A model generated the notes under the pieces. The model was not told where the DNA came from. It was given only the letters and a program-made list of their open reading frames with translations, and ran no database searches. A DNA stretch of 64,000 nt from Candidatus Krumholzibacteriia bacterium (GTDB lineage Bacteria; Krumholzibacteriota; Krumholzibacteriia; JAJRXK01), in assembly GCA_041484665.1 (NCBI GenBank), contig JBGPIA010000004.1, forward strand, positions 128,001-192,000, written 5' to 3'. A program made the position numbers and the translations under genes. This document shows, one piece after another, positions 9,864 through 19,735 of the stretch; position 1 is the first letter of the stretch; each line of letters opens with the position of its first letter.

Positions 9864-10343
9864 TCAGGTGGACTTGTAGCCCTGCTCCAGCCAGAAGCGG
9901 TGTTCGATACGCGGGCCGCCGATGTATTCCGGGACCCAGATCGCCTGCTTGATGCAGACCTCCTCGCACAGGCGGCAGCCGACGCACTCCTTCTCGTCGA
10001 CGACGGCGATCCACTGGGGGATCCCGCTGGCCTCCTGCTCGGGCGCCTCCACCAGTGAGATGCAATCGAACGGGCAGATCGTCACACAGTAGTCACAGCC
10101 GGTACAGGCGTCGATGTCGACGACGGCCTTGGGCATCTCCTTGGCCCTGTACTGGTGCACCAGCTCGCCGCGGTCGTTGTAGATGCACTCTACGGGGCAG
10201 TACTTGCCACAAACGCTGCAGTCGATGCAGAGCTCCGGAATGATGACATGGAGCTCCTTCTTGCCGCCGACGATCGCCTCCGTCGGGCACTTGATGGCGC
10301 ACACCTGGCAGCCGATGCAGGATTCGGTGATGACGTGCGGCAT
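9864..10343 (-). CDS. Ferredoxin with four [4Fe-4S] motifs
   Basis: CIGCQVCAIKCP, CIDCSVCGKYCP, CTGCDYCVTICP, CVGCRLCEEVC; start MPHVITES. Confidence 0.92.
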   Translation of the reverse strand: MPHVITESCIGCQVCAIKCPTEAIVGGKKELHVIIPELCIDCSVCGKYCPVECIYNDRGELVHQYRAKEMPKAVVDIDACTGCDYCVTICPFDCISLVEAPEQEASGIPQWIAVVDEKECVGCRLCEEVCIKQAIWVPEYIGGPRIEHRFWLEQGYKST

Positions 10344-10429
10344 GGGTGCTTTCTCGTAACGACGCGCGCGGGCGCGCGCGGCCGATCTGCGCACTATACA
10401 CGATGGCGCGCGAGGCGAAAAGAGCGCCG

Positions 10430-11035
10430 TTACACTCCGTTGTAGCGCTGCTCGCTCCAGGGGTCGGCATCGTTGTGGTAACCGTACCGCTCCCAGAAGC
10501 CCGGCTGGTCGTCGGCCAAAAGCTCCAGCCCGCTCACCCACTTGGCACTCTTCCACGCGTAGCGCTTGGGAATGACCAGGCGCAGCGGGCCGCCGTGCTC
10601 TGGCGGAAGCGGCTCTCCGTCGTGCGCCCACGCGAAGAGCACGTCGTCGTCGCGCAGCGCCGCCAGCGGGAGGTTGGTGGTGTACCCGCCGAAGGCGTGC
10701 ACCATCACGAACTCCACCCCACGGCGAGGGACGATGTGGGAGAGCAGATCGCGGGTCCGGATCCCGGTCCACCGGTTGTTGAGTTTGCTCCAGTGCGTGA
10801 CGCAGTGGAAGTCACTCACCACCTCCACGACCGCCGCCAGCGCCTGGAACTGATCCCAGGTCCACTCCCTCGGCTGCTCCACCTGGCCGAACACGCGGAA
10901 CTGCCAGCTGAGAGTGTCGATCCTGGGGACGTTGCCGAACGTGAGCACCGGCCACTTGTGCGTGAGGTGCTGTCCGGGCGGCAGCCGCCGCATCTCCTCG
11001 GGGGTGAGGTTGGACTTCAGCGGGGTCGACGCCAT
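10430..11035 (-). CDS. Sulfite-oxidase-family molybdopterin oxidoreductase (YuiH/MsrP-like, no Tat signal)
   Basis: RLPPGQ, DFHCVTHWS, EHGGPLRL, YAWKSAKWV, GFWERYGYH; RBS GGAGG. Confidence 0.9.
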   Translation of the reverse strand: MASTPLKSNLTPEEMRRLPPGQHLTHKWPVLTFGNVPRIDTLSWQFRVFGQVEQPREWTWDQFQALAAVVEVVSDFHCVTHWSKLNNRWTGIRTRDLLSHIVPRRGVEFVMVHAFGGYTTNLPLAALRDDDVLFAWAHDGEPLPPEHGGPLRLVIPKRYAWKSAKWVSGLELLADDQPGFWERYGYHNDADPWSEQRYNGV

Positions 11036-11141
11036 GGGACCTCCTGGCAGCGGGAGCCTCCAGTGCGGCGCTGGATGGCCCCGGGAGCGCATTGGGTTGC
11101 AGGATAGCGACAACCGGGCCAGTGCGGTAGGCTGCGGCGTC

Positions 11142-12095
11142 ATGCGACCGCATCTGGAAGTGTCTCGGGCCGCGGGGGACTTCCCACCCCCGGGTCTGCG
11201 GCGGCCGGAGCGGGCCCCACTGCAGCGCGTTGCAACCGGGGTGCTGGCGGTCTGCTGTGTGCTGGCGTGCCTGGCGCCCGCCGCGCCGACCGCGCCCGCC
11301 GCGCCCACCGCTGCGGGCGCGATTTCGACCGCATCGGCGGGACCCCAGTCGCCCGGGCGCCCGCCGAGCCCGCCGACCTCGGTCGCGATCGCACCGATCG
11401 CAGCCGCCGGGACGCGTCCCGTGCCTTTCTCGTTCCGCCAGCTCAAAGGCCTGCCCCATGAGCTCGGGCGTGGCGATCTGCTGCTCACCACGGCAGCCAT
11501 GGGCGCCGCGGCGCTGGCCGTCTCCCCGATCGACCGCAAGGGCGTGGACTGGACGGCGCGGCACGCGCCGCTCGGCCGCGGCGCGGTCGACATCGGCTAC
11601 CAGATCGGGCACCGCCGCACCCAGGCGGTTGCCATGGCCGCACTGGCGTTGGGTGGGCTCGCGCTGGGCGAGGAGCGCGTGCGCGATACGGGGCTACTCC
11701 TGCTGGAGGCGCAGTTGTTGAGCGCGGGCGCCGGACAAGGGCTCAAGGCGCTCGTCGGCCGCGTGCGGCCCGATGGGAGCGATGACCAGTCGTTCCCTTC
11801 GGGGCACGCGATCGCCGTCTGGACGGCGGCCGAGGTCCTCCAGCGACGCCACGGCTGGTGGATCGGAGCGCCTGCGTTCGCCGCCGCGGCCTACACCGGA
11901 CTCAGCCGCGTGCAGGGGGAACGCCACTTCCCCAGCGACGTGCTGGCGGGCTTCGCGCTGGCGCACTGGATTGCCGCGGCGACGACTCGGTCCGCGGAGC
12001 CTGCCGAGCCCGCACCGCCCCACGCCGCGTTGCGATGGCTGCCGGCTCCCTGCCCGGGCGAGCCCGGCCTCGCGCTGGTGCGGGCGCGCTTCTGA
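11142..12095 (+). CDS. PAP2-family phosphatase (start approximate)
   Basis: KALVGRVRP, SFPSGH and SRVQGERHFPSD are the three PAP2 motifs. Confidence 0.85.
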   Translation: MRPHLEVSRAAGDFPPPGLRRPERAPLQRVATGVLAVCCVLACLAPAAPTAPAAPTAAGAISTASAGPQSPGRPPSPPTSVAIAPIAAAGTRPVPFSFRQLKGLPHELGRGDLLLTTAAMGAAALAVSPIDRKGVDWTARHAPLGRGAVDIGYQIGHRRTQAVAMAALALGGLALGEERVRDTGLLLLEAQLLSAGAGQGLKALVGRVRPDGSDDQSFPSGHAIAVWTAAEVLQRRHGWWIGAPAFAAAAYTGLSRVQGERHFPSDVLAGFALAHWIAAATTRSAEPAEPAPPHAALRWLPAPCPGEPGLALVRARF

Positions 12096-12259
12096 GCGGG
12101 AACATCCGACGCGCGCCGCGCCCCCCGACCCGGCGCGGGCCCCCCAGACCGCTCGCCGGCCCTTCCCCGGGCGCCCTGGCACAGCCCCTGCAGCTTCAGC
12201 CCCACCCCCGCGGATCCGCCGCACGGGGCAGCAGGGAAGCGCCCGCCATCATCGGTCCT

Positions 12260-13726
12260 TTGCAGAACGCACGACGCAGGGAGCGCCTCGCCCGGGGTGC
12301 GCGCTGGCGCTGGATCGCGCTGCCGTGCGCGCTCTTGGTGCTCGTGCTGGCCAGTGTCGGCGGGCCCGCCCGCAAGCTGATCGGCAACGGCGCCTACGTC
12401 GCGGCCTACGACGTCGTGGTGTCCGATCCCGCGCGCGGCGTGCTGGAGATCACCCTGCGCATCCGCGACTTCGACGGCCCGCAGCTTCTGCTCGGCCGCG
12501 CGACGGGCGCCAGCGATGCGGGCACGGCACCGACGGCAAGCTTCCGCCTACGCGATGCCTGCGACGCGCGCGGCCGGATGCTGCCCGTGGCTGATGAGGG
12601 GAGGACCTGGCGCATCGCGCCGGAGCGGGGCCCGCTGACGGTACACTACCAGGTGGCGCTACAGGCCCGCCGCCCCACCGGCGACTTCGACGACGAGCTG
12701 TTCAGCCGCTGCGACGAGCAGGGGGCGCGGCTCCTGGGTGCCGATGTGTTCCTCTTCCCGATGGTGGGCGAGCCGGGAGCGTTGCAGGTGCGTTACCAGC
12801 TCCCGCCAACGTGGCGCCTGGTGCACCCCTTCCAGACTGGCGAGCTGACCGCCAGCTACCCGAATTTGCGCGCCCTCTACCACTCGGTGGTCGCTGCCGG
12901 ACCCTACCGGGTGCTGACCCGGGACGTGGGTGGGTGCGCGCTGGTCCTGGCGGTGCTGGGCGAGTTTCGGTTCAGCGACGACGTGCTGCTGGACGTGCTC
13001 TCGCGGCTGGCGCGCTACGAGCTCTCCTTCCTCGGTCCGGCGCCGCGGCCGCGCTACGTGTTCGTGGTCAACCCGCATCCCAAGACCGGCGATCCGCAGC
13101 GACTCCACTACTTCGGCCTCAATTTCGACGGCAGCATGCTCCTGCTCATCGACGGCGATACCGACCGCGAGCGTCTCAACGCAGAGCCGGCGTCGCTGTG
13201 CGCCCACGAGTTCTTCCACAACTGGCTCGGGGAGACGGTGCGCCAGAGCGACTACGCCATGAATTGGTTCATCGAGGGCGTCACGACCTTCTACGCATAC
13301 CAGGTCCGCATGGACGCGCAGATGCTCCCGTTCGACGACTACACGCGAGACCTGGCCGGCCGCTATCGGGAGGAGTACATCTCCTCCAGCCTGCGCGATC
13401 GTGAGAGCGTGGCCATGGCCGGGCAGACGGTGCTGGAGGACGAGGCACACACCCGCTATCTGTACGCGGGCGGGTTGCTGCTGGCGGTCGCTCTCGACCA
13501 GGAGATCGACCAGGCCACCGGTCAGCGCGCGTCGCTCGACGATCTCGTGCGGGGCCTGGTGAAGCGCGCGCGCCACGACGACGGCTTCCTGCTCACGCGC
13601 GACACGCTGGAATCGCAGCTGCGAGAGCTCACCGGCCGCGAGTTCGGTCCATGGCTCGCCCGGTACGTGTACGGCACCCAGGTCCCCCAACTGCCGGCGT
13701 ACGTAACCACAGCACCGCGCTCCTGA
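12260..13726 (+). CDS. Secreted M61-like zinc metallopeptidase (start approximate)
   Basis: Signal-like segment; AHEFFHNW, WFIEGVTTFY, YAGGLL motifs. Confidence 0.8.
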   Translation: MQNARRRERLARGARWRWIALPCALLVLVLASVGGPARKLIGNGAYVAAYDVVVSDPARGVLEITLRIRDFDGPQLLLGRATGASDAGTAPTASFRLRDACDARGRMLPVADEGRTWRIAPERGPLTVHYQVALQARRPTGDFDDELFSRCDEQGARLLGADVFLFPMVGEPGALQVRYQLPPTWRLVHPFQTGELTASYPNLRALYHSVVAAGPYRVLTRDVGGCALVLAVLGEFRFSDDVLLDVLSRLARYELSFLGPAPRPRYVFVVNPHPKTGDPQRLHYFGLNFDGSMLLLIDGDTDRERLNAEPASLCAHEFFHNWLGETVRQSDYAMNWFIEGVTTFYAYQVRMDAQMLPFDDYTRDLAGRYREEYISSSLRDRESVAMAGQTVLEDEAHTRYLYAGGLLLAVALDQEIDQATGQRASLDDLVRGLVKRARHDDGFLLTRDTLESQLRELTGREFGPWLARYVYGTQVPQLPAYVTTAPRS

Positions 13727-13821
13727 CGCGCCGCAGGGGGGGGCCGCCGTCTGCGGCGCCGGCGTCGCCGCCGCCCCGAGCCGCGCCGCGGCCGCCGAAG
13801 CGGCCGGCCCACGGCCCGCCG

Positions 13822-14112
13822 CTAATTGCGCATCTTCTCACTGCCCGTGGAGAAGATCGTCTCCAGGTCGAACTTCGAGAAGACCTTGAAGGCGAGCAGC
13901 GTCTCGCTGCGCTCGATCCCCTCGACCAGCAGGATGCGTTGCGTCACCAGGTCGGCGAGCGCCTCATTGTCCTTCACGCGGATCATGGCGATGAGGTCGT
14001 ACTTTCCCGCCACGGAGAAGACCTCGGTGACCCCCGTGAGCTCCACCAGCGACTCGGCCACCTGATTGATGGCGTCGCGCTGCGTGTTGATCATCACCAG
14101 AGCGGTGACCAT
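13822..14112 (-). CDS. Stand-alone Lrp/AsnC ligand-binding domain protein
   Basis: 96 aa; GVTEVFSVAGKYDLIA...GIERSETLLAF; RBS GGAGG. Confidence 0.88.
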   Translation of the reverse strand: MVTALVMINTQRDAINQVAESLVELTGVTEVFSVAGKYDLIAMIRVKDNEALADLVTQRILLVEGIERSETLLAFKVFSKFDLETIFSTGSEKMRN

Positions 14113-14205
14113 ATGAGTGCCTCCTTGGGCCGGCGGGCCCCGCGCCGGAGGTGGCCGCGCCAGCGCGGGCGCGCTGGCGGATCCTGGGGCGAGGGGGCGG
14201 GGTGA

Positions 14206-15234
14206 TTAGTCGAGATCCTTGATTCGCCGCAGGTTCACCCCCGCCTGCATGAACTCCAGGTACGTTTCAGGGGGATCGGTGAGCTCGTCCAGCGCGTCGA
14301 GCACCTCGTCGTCCAGCTCGAGGTCGAGGGCGGCCCAGTTGCCGCGCAGCTGCTCCGGGCTGCGCGGGCCGATGATCGCACTGGTCACGGCCGGCTGCTC
14401 CAGCAGCCAGCGCACGGCGAGCGCGACGGGCGTCGTGCCCAGCGAGCGCGCCTTGCCGACCACCGCGTCCACCAGATCGAAATTGCGGTCGTGGAACATG
14501 CGCTTCCTCCACGGGGCCATGATGTCGTCCTGCCCCGGGTCGGTGAGGCGCGAGCCCGCCGGACCGCGGCCGCTGCGGTCATACTTGCCGGCCAGCATGC
14601 CGAAGGCGAGCGGGCTCCACGCCAGCACGCCCACGCCGTACTCCTGCGCCGCCGGGAGTAGCTCGTGCTCGATGTCCCGGCACAGCAGGCTGTATTGCGG
14701 CTGCGTCGTGACGAACCGCTCGTAGCCGCGCGCGTCGGCCCGCTCCAGGGCCATCGCCATCTGCCAGCCCGTAAAATTGCAGCAGCCGACGTAGCGCACC
14801 TTTCCCGCGCGCACCAGGTCGGTCAGGGCGGCAAGGGTCTCCTCGATCGGAGTGAGCACGTCCCAGATATGGAGCTGGTAGAGGTCGATGGCATCGATGT
14901 GCAGGCGGCGCAGGCTCGCCTCGGCCTGGTCGACGATGTTCTTGCGGGTGCTGCCCATCCGGTTGGGCCCCTCGCCCTCCGGGAAGAAGCACTTGGTGGC
15001 GACGACCACGTCCTCACGCCGTCCCTGGATCGCCTTGCCCACGATCTCCTCGCTGCGGCCACCTCCGTAGCGATTGGCCGTGTCCACGAAATTGCCGCCG
15101 CGCTCGAAGTAGGCATCGAGGATGGCAAGGCTGGTCGGCTCGTCGCAGCCCCAGCCTGCGTTGCCGAAGTTCATGGTGCCCAGGCAGAGGGGCGAGACCT
15201 TCAGGCCGCTGCTTCCGAGCATGCGGTAGGGCAT
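14206..15234 (-). CDS. Aldo/keto reductase
   Basis: LGSSGLKVSPLCLGTM, DTANRY, ATK, IDLYQLH, WSPLA motifs. Confidence 0.95.
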   Translation of the reverse strand: MPYRMLGSSGLKVSPLCLGTMNFGNAGWGCDEPTSLAILDAYFERGGNFVDTANRYGGGRSEEIVGKAIQGRREDVVVATKCFFPEGEGPNRMGSTRKNIVDQAEASLRRLHIDAIDLYQLHIWDVLTPIEETLAALTDLVRAGKVRYVGCCNFTGWQMAMALERADARGYERFVTTQPQYSLLCRDIEHELLPAAQEYGVGVLAWSPLAFGMLAGKYDRSGRGPAGSRLTDPGQDDIMAPWRKRMFHDRNFDLVDAVVGKARSLGTTPVALAVRWLLEQPAVTSAIIGPRSPEQLRGNWAALDLELDDEVLDALDELTDPPETYLEFMQAGVNLRRIKDLD

Positions 15235-15522
15235 GATCGTGAGCTCCTTTCCCGAGGTCGTGGCGGCGAAGATCGGGTGGGCACAGGCGGGCCGTCCGGC
15301 GCGATTGTAGCGCGGTGCGCAGCAGCTGTCTTGGGGAGAGTGGCAACCGCCCGCGCGGGCGCCGGGCCAACCGATGCGCCCTGGGTGGCCGGCGCGGCAC
15401 GCCAGCCCGAGCCGATCCCGGTCAGAGGAAGAGCGCAGCCACCGCCGCGCCCCTTCCCGATCCACGCGCTGTCCGCCGCCGGTCGAACGCGCCACAGCCT
15501 GCGGCTGCGGCGCAGCGGCGCG

Positions 15523-16212
15523 TCAGGAGGTCGACTTCGCGGTCTTGCTCTCCTTGGTTGCCGCGGCGGTGTACTTCACCGAGCAGCCGTACGACCTGGG
15601 CGCCGCCACCTCGATGGGCGTGCCGGCCAGCAGGCTGGTGAGCGCCGCAGCGACGTAATTCTTCGGCGCCTGGGCGTCGCCGCGCGGGTCGTCGTCGATC
15701 GCGCCCGCGAACGCCAACATGCCATCCTTGTCGATGACGTACATGTGCGGCGTCGTCTTGGCACCATACAGGTGACCGACCTCGCCGCTGGGATCCAGCA
15801 GCGTCAGGTACGGCAGACCTTGCTCCTTGGTCCACTTCTCGGTGTCGGCCGGCTTGTTGTAGTGCGTGCTGTTGATGGCCAGCCACACCACGCCCTTGTC
15901 GGTGAACTTCTGCGCCAGCCCGATCATGGTCTTCGCCTTGTAATGGCGCTGGACGAACGGACAGTCGGGGTTGGTCCACTCCAGCACCACGATCTTGCCG
16001 GCGTAGTCCTTCAGGGAATGCGACTTGCCCTGCGCGTCCACCAGCGTGAACTGCGGAGCCGGGGCGCCGATCGTCGGGCCGGAACTGTCGGGCGACAGCT
16101 CCACGGCCCAGACCGGCGCGGCGGCCGCCAGCAGCGCGACCAAGAGCGCCGTGATCCAGCCCGTCGTGCGCACCCGCGACGACGGGCCGCGCGTGTTCCA
16201 TTGCATGCTCAT
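15523..16212 (-). CDS. Periplasmic AhpC/TSA (redoxin) family protein
   Basis: Signal peptide; APQFTL, EWTNPDCPFV, YGAKTTPHMYV, GAIDD, YGCSVKY. Confidence 0.88.
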   Translation of the reverse strand: MSMQWNTRGPSSRVRTTGWITALLVALLAAAAPVWAVELSPDSSGPTIGAPAPQFTLVDAQGKSHSLKDYAGKIVVLEWTNPDCPFVQRHYKAKTMIGLAQKFTDKGVVWLAINSTHYNKPADTEKWTKEQGLPYLTLLDPSGEVGHLYGAKTTPHMYVIDKDGMLAFAGAIDDDPRGDAQAPKNYVAAALTSLLAGTPIEVAAPRSYGCSVKYTAAATKESKTAKSTS

Positions 16213-16257
16213 CAGGTGTCCTCCTCGAGGGTTACAGGGGTCTGTGGAATGAAGCGG

Positions 16258-18732
16258 TCAGCCGGATACGGGCTGCATAGCCCAGCCCTGCGCGGTGCGG
16301 CTCGGGCCGGCCTTCTCCAGAGCGTCCAGCACGATGTCCTTCGTGATGAGCTCGGGGAGCACGATTGGCTCCTCGAGCCGTCCCGCGGGAAAAACCGCGT
16401 AGAACGGCACGCCGCCGCGGCCGAAGCGGCGCAGCACCTGGGTGATGACCGGGTCGCGGTTGGTCCAGTCGCCCTTCATGGTCAGCACCTGCAGGTCCTT
16501 CAGGCGCGTGCCCACGGCGGCGTCGGCCAGGACCGTGCGCTCGTTGACCTTGCAGGTCCAGCACCACTGGGCCGTGAAGTCGATGAACACGGTGCGGCCC
16601 CCGCGCACGGACTGCTCCAGCATCGCCAGGTCGAACGGGACCCAGGTCAGGCCGTTCTTGCCCTGCTGCGGGCTGGATGGCGCTGGCGACGAACCGGCGT
16701 TCGCAGCCACCGCCTCGGCGCGCAGCGGCTCGCGCAGAAACGCCCACCACGCGCCGGCCACGATGACGATCATGGCGCCCCACACCACCAGCCGCCGGCC
16801 GCTGCCGCTGCTGAGGGTGAGCAGGCTGCCGTACAGCCACAGGGCCAGCCCGACCGCCAGCAGGAACGCCAACGTCCAGACCACCGCGTTCAACCCGCGC
16901 TGGTTCCCCAGCACCCACAGCAGCCACACCAAAGTCGCCATCAGCAGGAAGCCCATGGCCTGCTTGAACCGGTCCATCCACGGACCCGGCTTGGGCACTA
17001 CGCGCAGCCAGGCGGGGTTGAGCGACAGCACCACGTAGGGCAGGGCCAACCCGGCGCCGATCGCGAGGAAGATGGCCAGGATCGCCCAGGCTGGCTGGGT
17101 GAAGGCGAAGCCGAGCGCTGTGCCCAGGAACGGCGCCGTGCACGGCGTGGCCAGCGCGGTGGCGAGCAACCCGCTTACGAACGACTCGGCACCGGCGCTG
17201 CCCTTGCCGGCCGCGCCGATCTGGACCGGAAGGATGACCTCGTACACGCCGAACAGACTGAGGCCGAAGGCGAACACCACCGCCGCCATCACCACGACGA
17301 AGACCGGGTTCTGGAACTGGAAGCCCCACCCCAGTTGCTCGCCCGCCGCCTGCAGCGCGATCACGGCGATCGCCAGCGCCGCGAAGGACGCCAGCACCCC
17401 GGCGCTGAAGAAGAGCGAGAGGCGCAGCACCGTGCGTCGGTCCTCGCCCGCGTGCTGCACGAAGCCCAGCACCTTCAGCGACAGCACCGGCAGGACGCAG
17501 GGCATGACGTTGAGGATCAGCCCGCCCACGAGGGCGAGCAGCACGTAGTAGGCGAGCGGCCGATGCGTCGACGTGCGCGCGGGTTGCCCTGCGGGCGGCG
17601 GCCCGAGCAGGCCGCCGGCAGCGGCGGGCGCCGCGGGTGCGCCCCCTGCCGCGCCGTCCCCAGCAAGGGCCGAAGCCTCGCCGACCAGCACACGACCGAA
17701 CAGATCGGTCGCCACCGCGCGCACCGCCTCCTGGGGGCCCGCCACGGGGATGGGCACATCGATGTCGGCGAACACGGGATCCGCCTGCGGTATCTCGAGC
17801 TGCAGCACCCCGCGCAGGTGCACCGTCTCGCCCGCGGGCGCGTTCTGCGCCACTTGCAGCGGGACCACGACTACGAGCTCGGGGCCGGTCGCGCCCGCCC
17901 CCGCCAACACGCGATGGACCGCCGCGCCGACCTGCAGCACCTCCAGATACTCGGGAAACCACGTGATCCGCGCGGAGTCCGCCGTGGCCAGCCCCCGCAC
18001 GCGCAGGGCAGCGTGGGCCGACTGGCCCGGCGGCACCGCGCTCAGGCTGAGCACCTGCTCCGCCGAGAGCCCCGGCCACTGGTCGGCCGGCCGGGGCAGG
18101 CGCGCGCGCGCCTGGGCCAGCAGCAGAGCGTCGCGCTGCGGCGTGGCGGCGGGCTTGGCTGTGACCGGCAGCTGCAAGGAGATCTCTGCGTTGCCCGGGA
18201 TGCAAAGGTCCTTGCACATGAGCCAGGAGACCTTCGCGCGCACCGTCAGGCGGTCTCCCTCGCGCAGGCCCGGCGGCGGCGCGAAGGACGCCAGCAGAAC
18301 CACATCGTCGGTGTAGCCGTAGGTGACGAGGTCGCCGGCCTCTTCGTAGCGGTGCGGCGCGGGCCAGCGCAGCTCGCCCGCGCTCGCGCCGGCGGGGAGC
18401 TCCCACGTCACCTGCGTGGGCAGCCCTGCGTCGCCTCCGTTCTTCCAGTAGGTGTGCCACGCGGGGTCCATGTGCAGATGGACGCCAAGCGTGACCGCCT
18501 GCCCGGCGCCCGAACTCGGCGCACCCGGGGCGACTGGGCCCGTGGGAAAGAGCGATGGCGGGTCGGCGAGCAGGCGCGCCGTGACCGGGCTGGGCTTGGC
18601 GGACGGGCGGACCGGCGGATCCGCTGCGGCGGCGACGGACCCGCGCAATGCCAGCAGTACCGCCAATGACCAGGCCGGCGGCCCGGCGGCCGGCGCCAGC
18701 CATGGAAACCGGTTGCGGGGGTGTCGCTTCAT
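16258..18732 (-). CDS. dsbD: DsbD-like thiol:disulfide interchange protein
   Basis: WHTYWKNGGDAG and CKDLC N-domain; LNVMPCVLPV and ATPCTAPF TM domain; DFTAQWCWTC thioredoxin domain. Confidence 0.9.
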   Translation of the reverse strand: MKRHPRNRFPWLAPAAGPPAWSLAVLLALRGSVAAAADPPVRPSAKPSPVTARLLADPPSLFPTGPVAPGAPSSGAGQAVTLGVHLHMDPAWHTYWKNGGDAGLPTQVTWELPAGASAGELRWPAPHRYEEAGDLVTYGYTDDVVLLASFAPPPGLREGDRLTVRAKVSWLMCKDLCIPGNAEISLQLPVTAKPAATPQRDALLLAQARARLPRPADQWPGLSAEQVLSLSAVPPGQSAHAALRVRGLATADSARITWFPEYLEVLQVGAAVHRVLAGAGATGPELVVVVPLQVAQNAPAGETVHLRGVLQLEIPQADPVFADIDVPIPVAGPQEAVRAVATDLFGRVLVGEASALAGDGAAGGAPAAPAAAGGLLGPPPAGQPARTSTHRPLAYYVLLALVGGLILNVMPCVLPVLSLKVLGFVQHAGEDRRTVLRLSLFFSAGVLASFAALAIAVIALQAAGEQLGWGFQFQNPVFVVVMAAVVFAFGLSLFGVYEVILPVQIGAAGKGSAGAESFVSGLLATALATPCTAPFLGTALGFAFTQPAWAILAIFLAIGAGLALPYVVLSLNPAWLRVVPKPGPWMDRFKQAMGFLLMATLVWLLWVLGNQRGLNAVVWTLAFLLAVGLALWLYGSLLTLSSGSGRRLVVWGAMIVIVAGAWWAFLREPLRAEAVAANAGSSPAPSSPQQGKNGLTWVPFDLAMLEQSVRGGRTVFIDFTAQWCWTCKVNERTVLADAAVGTRLKDLQVLTMKGDWTNRDPVITQVLRRFGRGGVPFYAVFPAGRLEEPIVLPELITKDIVLDALEKAGPSRTAQGWAMQPVSG

Positions 18733-18866
18733 GCTGAGGGCCGCGCGCGGGGGGGATCAGGGAACAGTATCCTGCGGGGAGCCTGCCGTTGCCAGTGCGG
18801 TCGGGTCAAGTTGTTGTCAATCACGGGTCTGGGACGGCACCGGGGTCGCGGCCGCGGCGGCGCGCG

Positions 18867-19667
18867 CTACTTCTTGCGCCGGCGCCCACTGTCGTCGTGC
18901 AACTCGGCGACGACGTACGTCCCGCTGCGCTGGTCCTCGCGCAGGGTGATGAACCCGTTCTCCTCCGCGTCCTCCAGCAGATCGCTGAAGCTGCGGTAGC
19001 CGTAGGCACCCTCGTTGAACGACGAGCGCTTGCGCTTCATCGTGTCCTTGACCATCGAGGAGTAGAGCACCTCGTAGTTCTCGCGCTGGAGCGCGCGGAT
19101 GGCGCCGATCAGCAGCTGGAACGCCTCGCGCTTCTCCTTGGGGACATCCTTGCCCGTGCCGGCGGGAGCCTCCTGCTCCTGGGTGCGTCCCAGGTCCTCG
19201 TAGTAGATGAACTCGTCGCAGTTGTCGGCCAAGAGCGGCGAGGTGGAATCCTTCATCCCCAGCCCGATCACGTGCTTGCCGTTCTCCTTGAGCTTGGAGA
19301 CCAGCGGGCTGAAGTCGCTGTCGCCCGAGATGATCACGAACGTGTCGACGTGCTCCTTGCTGAAACACAGGTCCATGGCGTCGACGCACAGGCGGATGTC
19401 CGCGGAGTTCTTCCCGGTCATCGTGCGCTTGGGGATCTCGATCAGCTCGATGCCGGACTCGTGCAGAGCCTGCGTGAACTTGCGGAAGCGACTCCAATCG
19501 GCATAGGCGACCTTGGCGATCACTTTGCCCTTCTCCAACAGGCGATCCAGGATCCGCCGGATGTCGAACTCATCGCCCTTGCGGTTGCCGAAGCCCAGCG
19601 CCAGGTTCTCGAAGTCGATGAAGACCGCAAGATTGCGCTGGACGGTCGCGGCGGCTTCCCTGGGCAT
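18867..19667 (-). CDS. NYN (LabA/DUF88) PIN-like nuclease with C-terminal OST-HTH/LOTUS domain
   Basis: VFIDFEN, GKNSADI, SGDSDF, CDEFIYY, FNEGAYGYRSFSDLL; RBS AGGAG. Confidence 0.92.
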   Translation of the reverse strand: MPREAAATVQRNLAVFIDFENLALGFGNRKGDEFDIRRILDRLLEKGKVIAKVAYADWSRFRKFTQALHESGIELIEIPKRTMTGKNSADIRLCVDAMDLCFSKEHVDTFVIISGDSDFSPLVSKLKENGKHVIGLGMKDSTSPLLADNCDEFIYYEDLGRTQEQEAPAGTGKDVPKEKREAFQLLIGAIRALQRENYEVLYSSMVKDTMKRKRSSFNEGAYGYRSFSDLLEDAEENGFITLREDQRSGTYVVAELHDDSGRRRKK

Positions 19668-19735
19668 GGGTCGGCTCCTGACGCAGAGTATTCGTGACGC
19701 CGGCGGGCGGGGTCCCCGCCGCGCGTACCAGCACT

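Noticed and set aside
14665..18669. 1334-aa plus-strand ORF
   Set aside because: Antisense shadow of the AKR, redoxin and dsbD genes.
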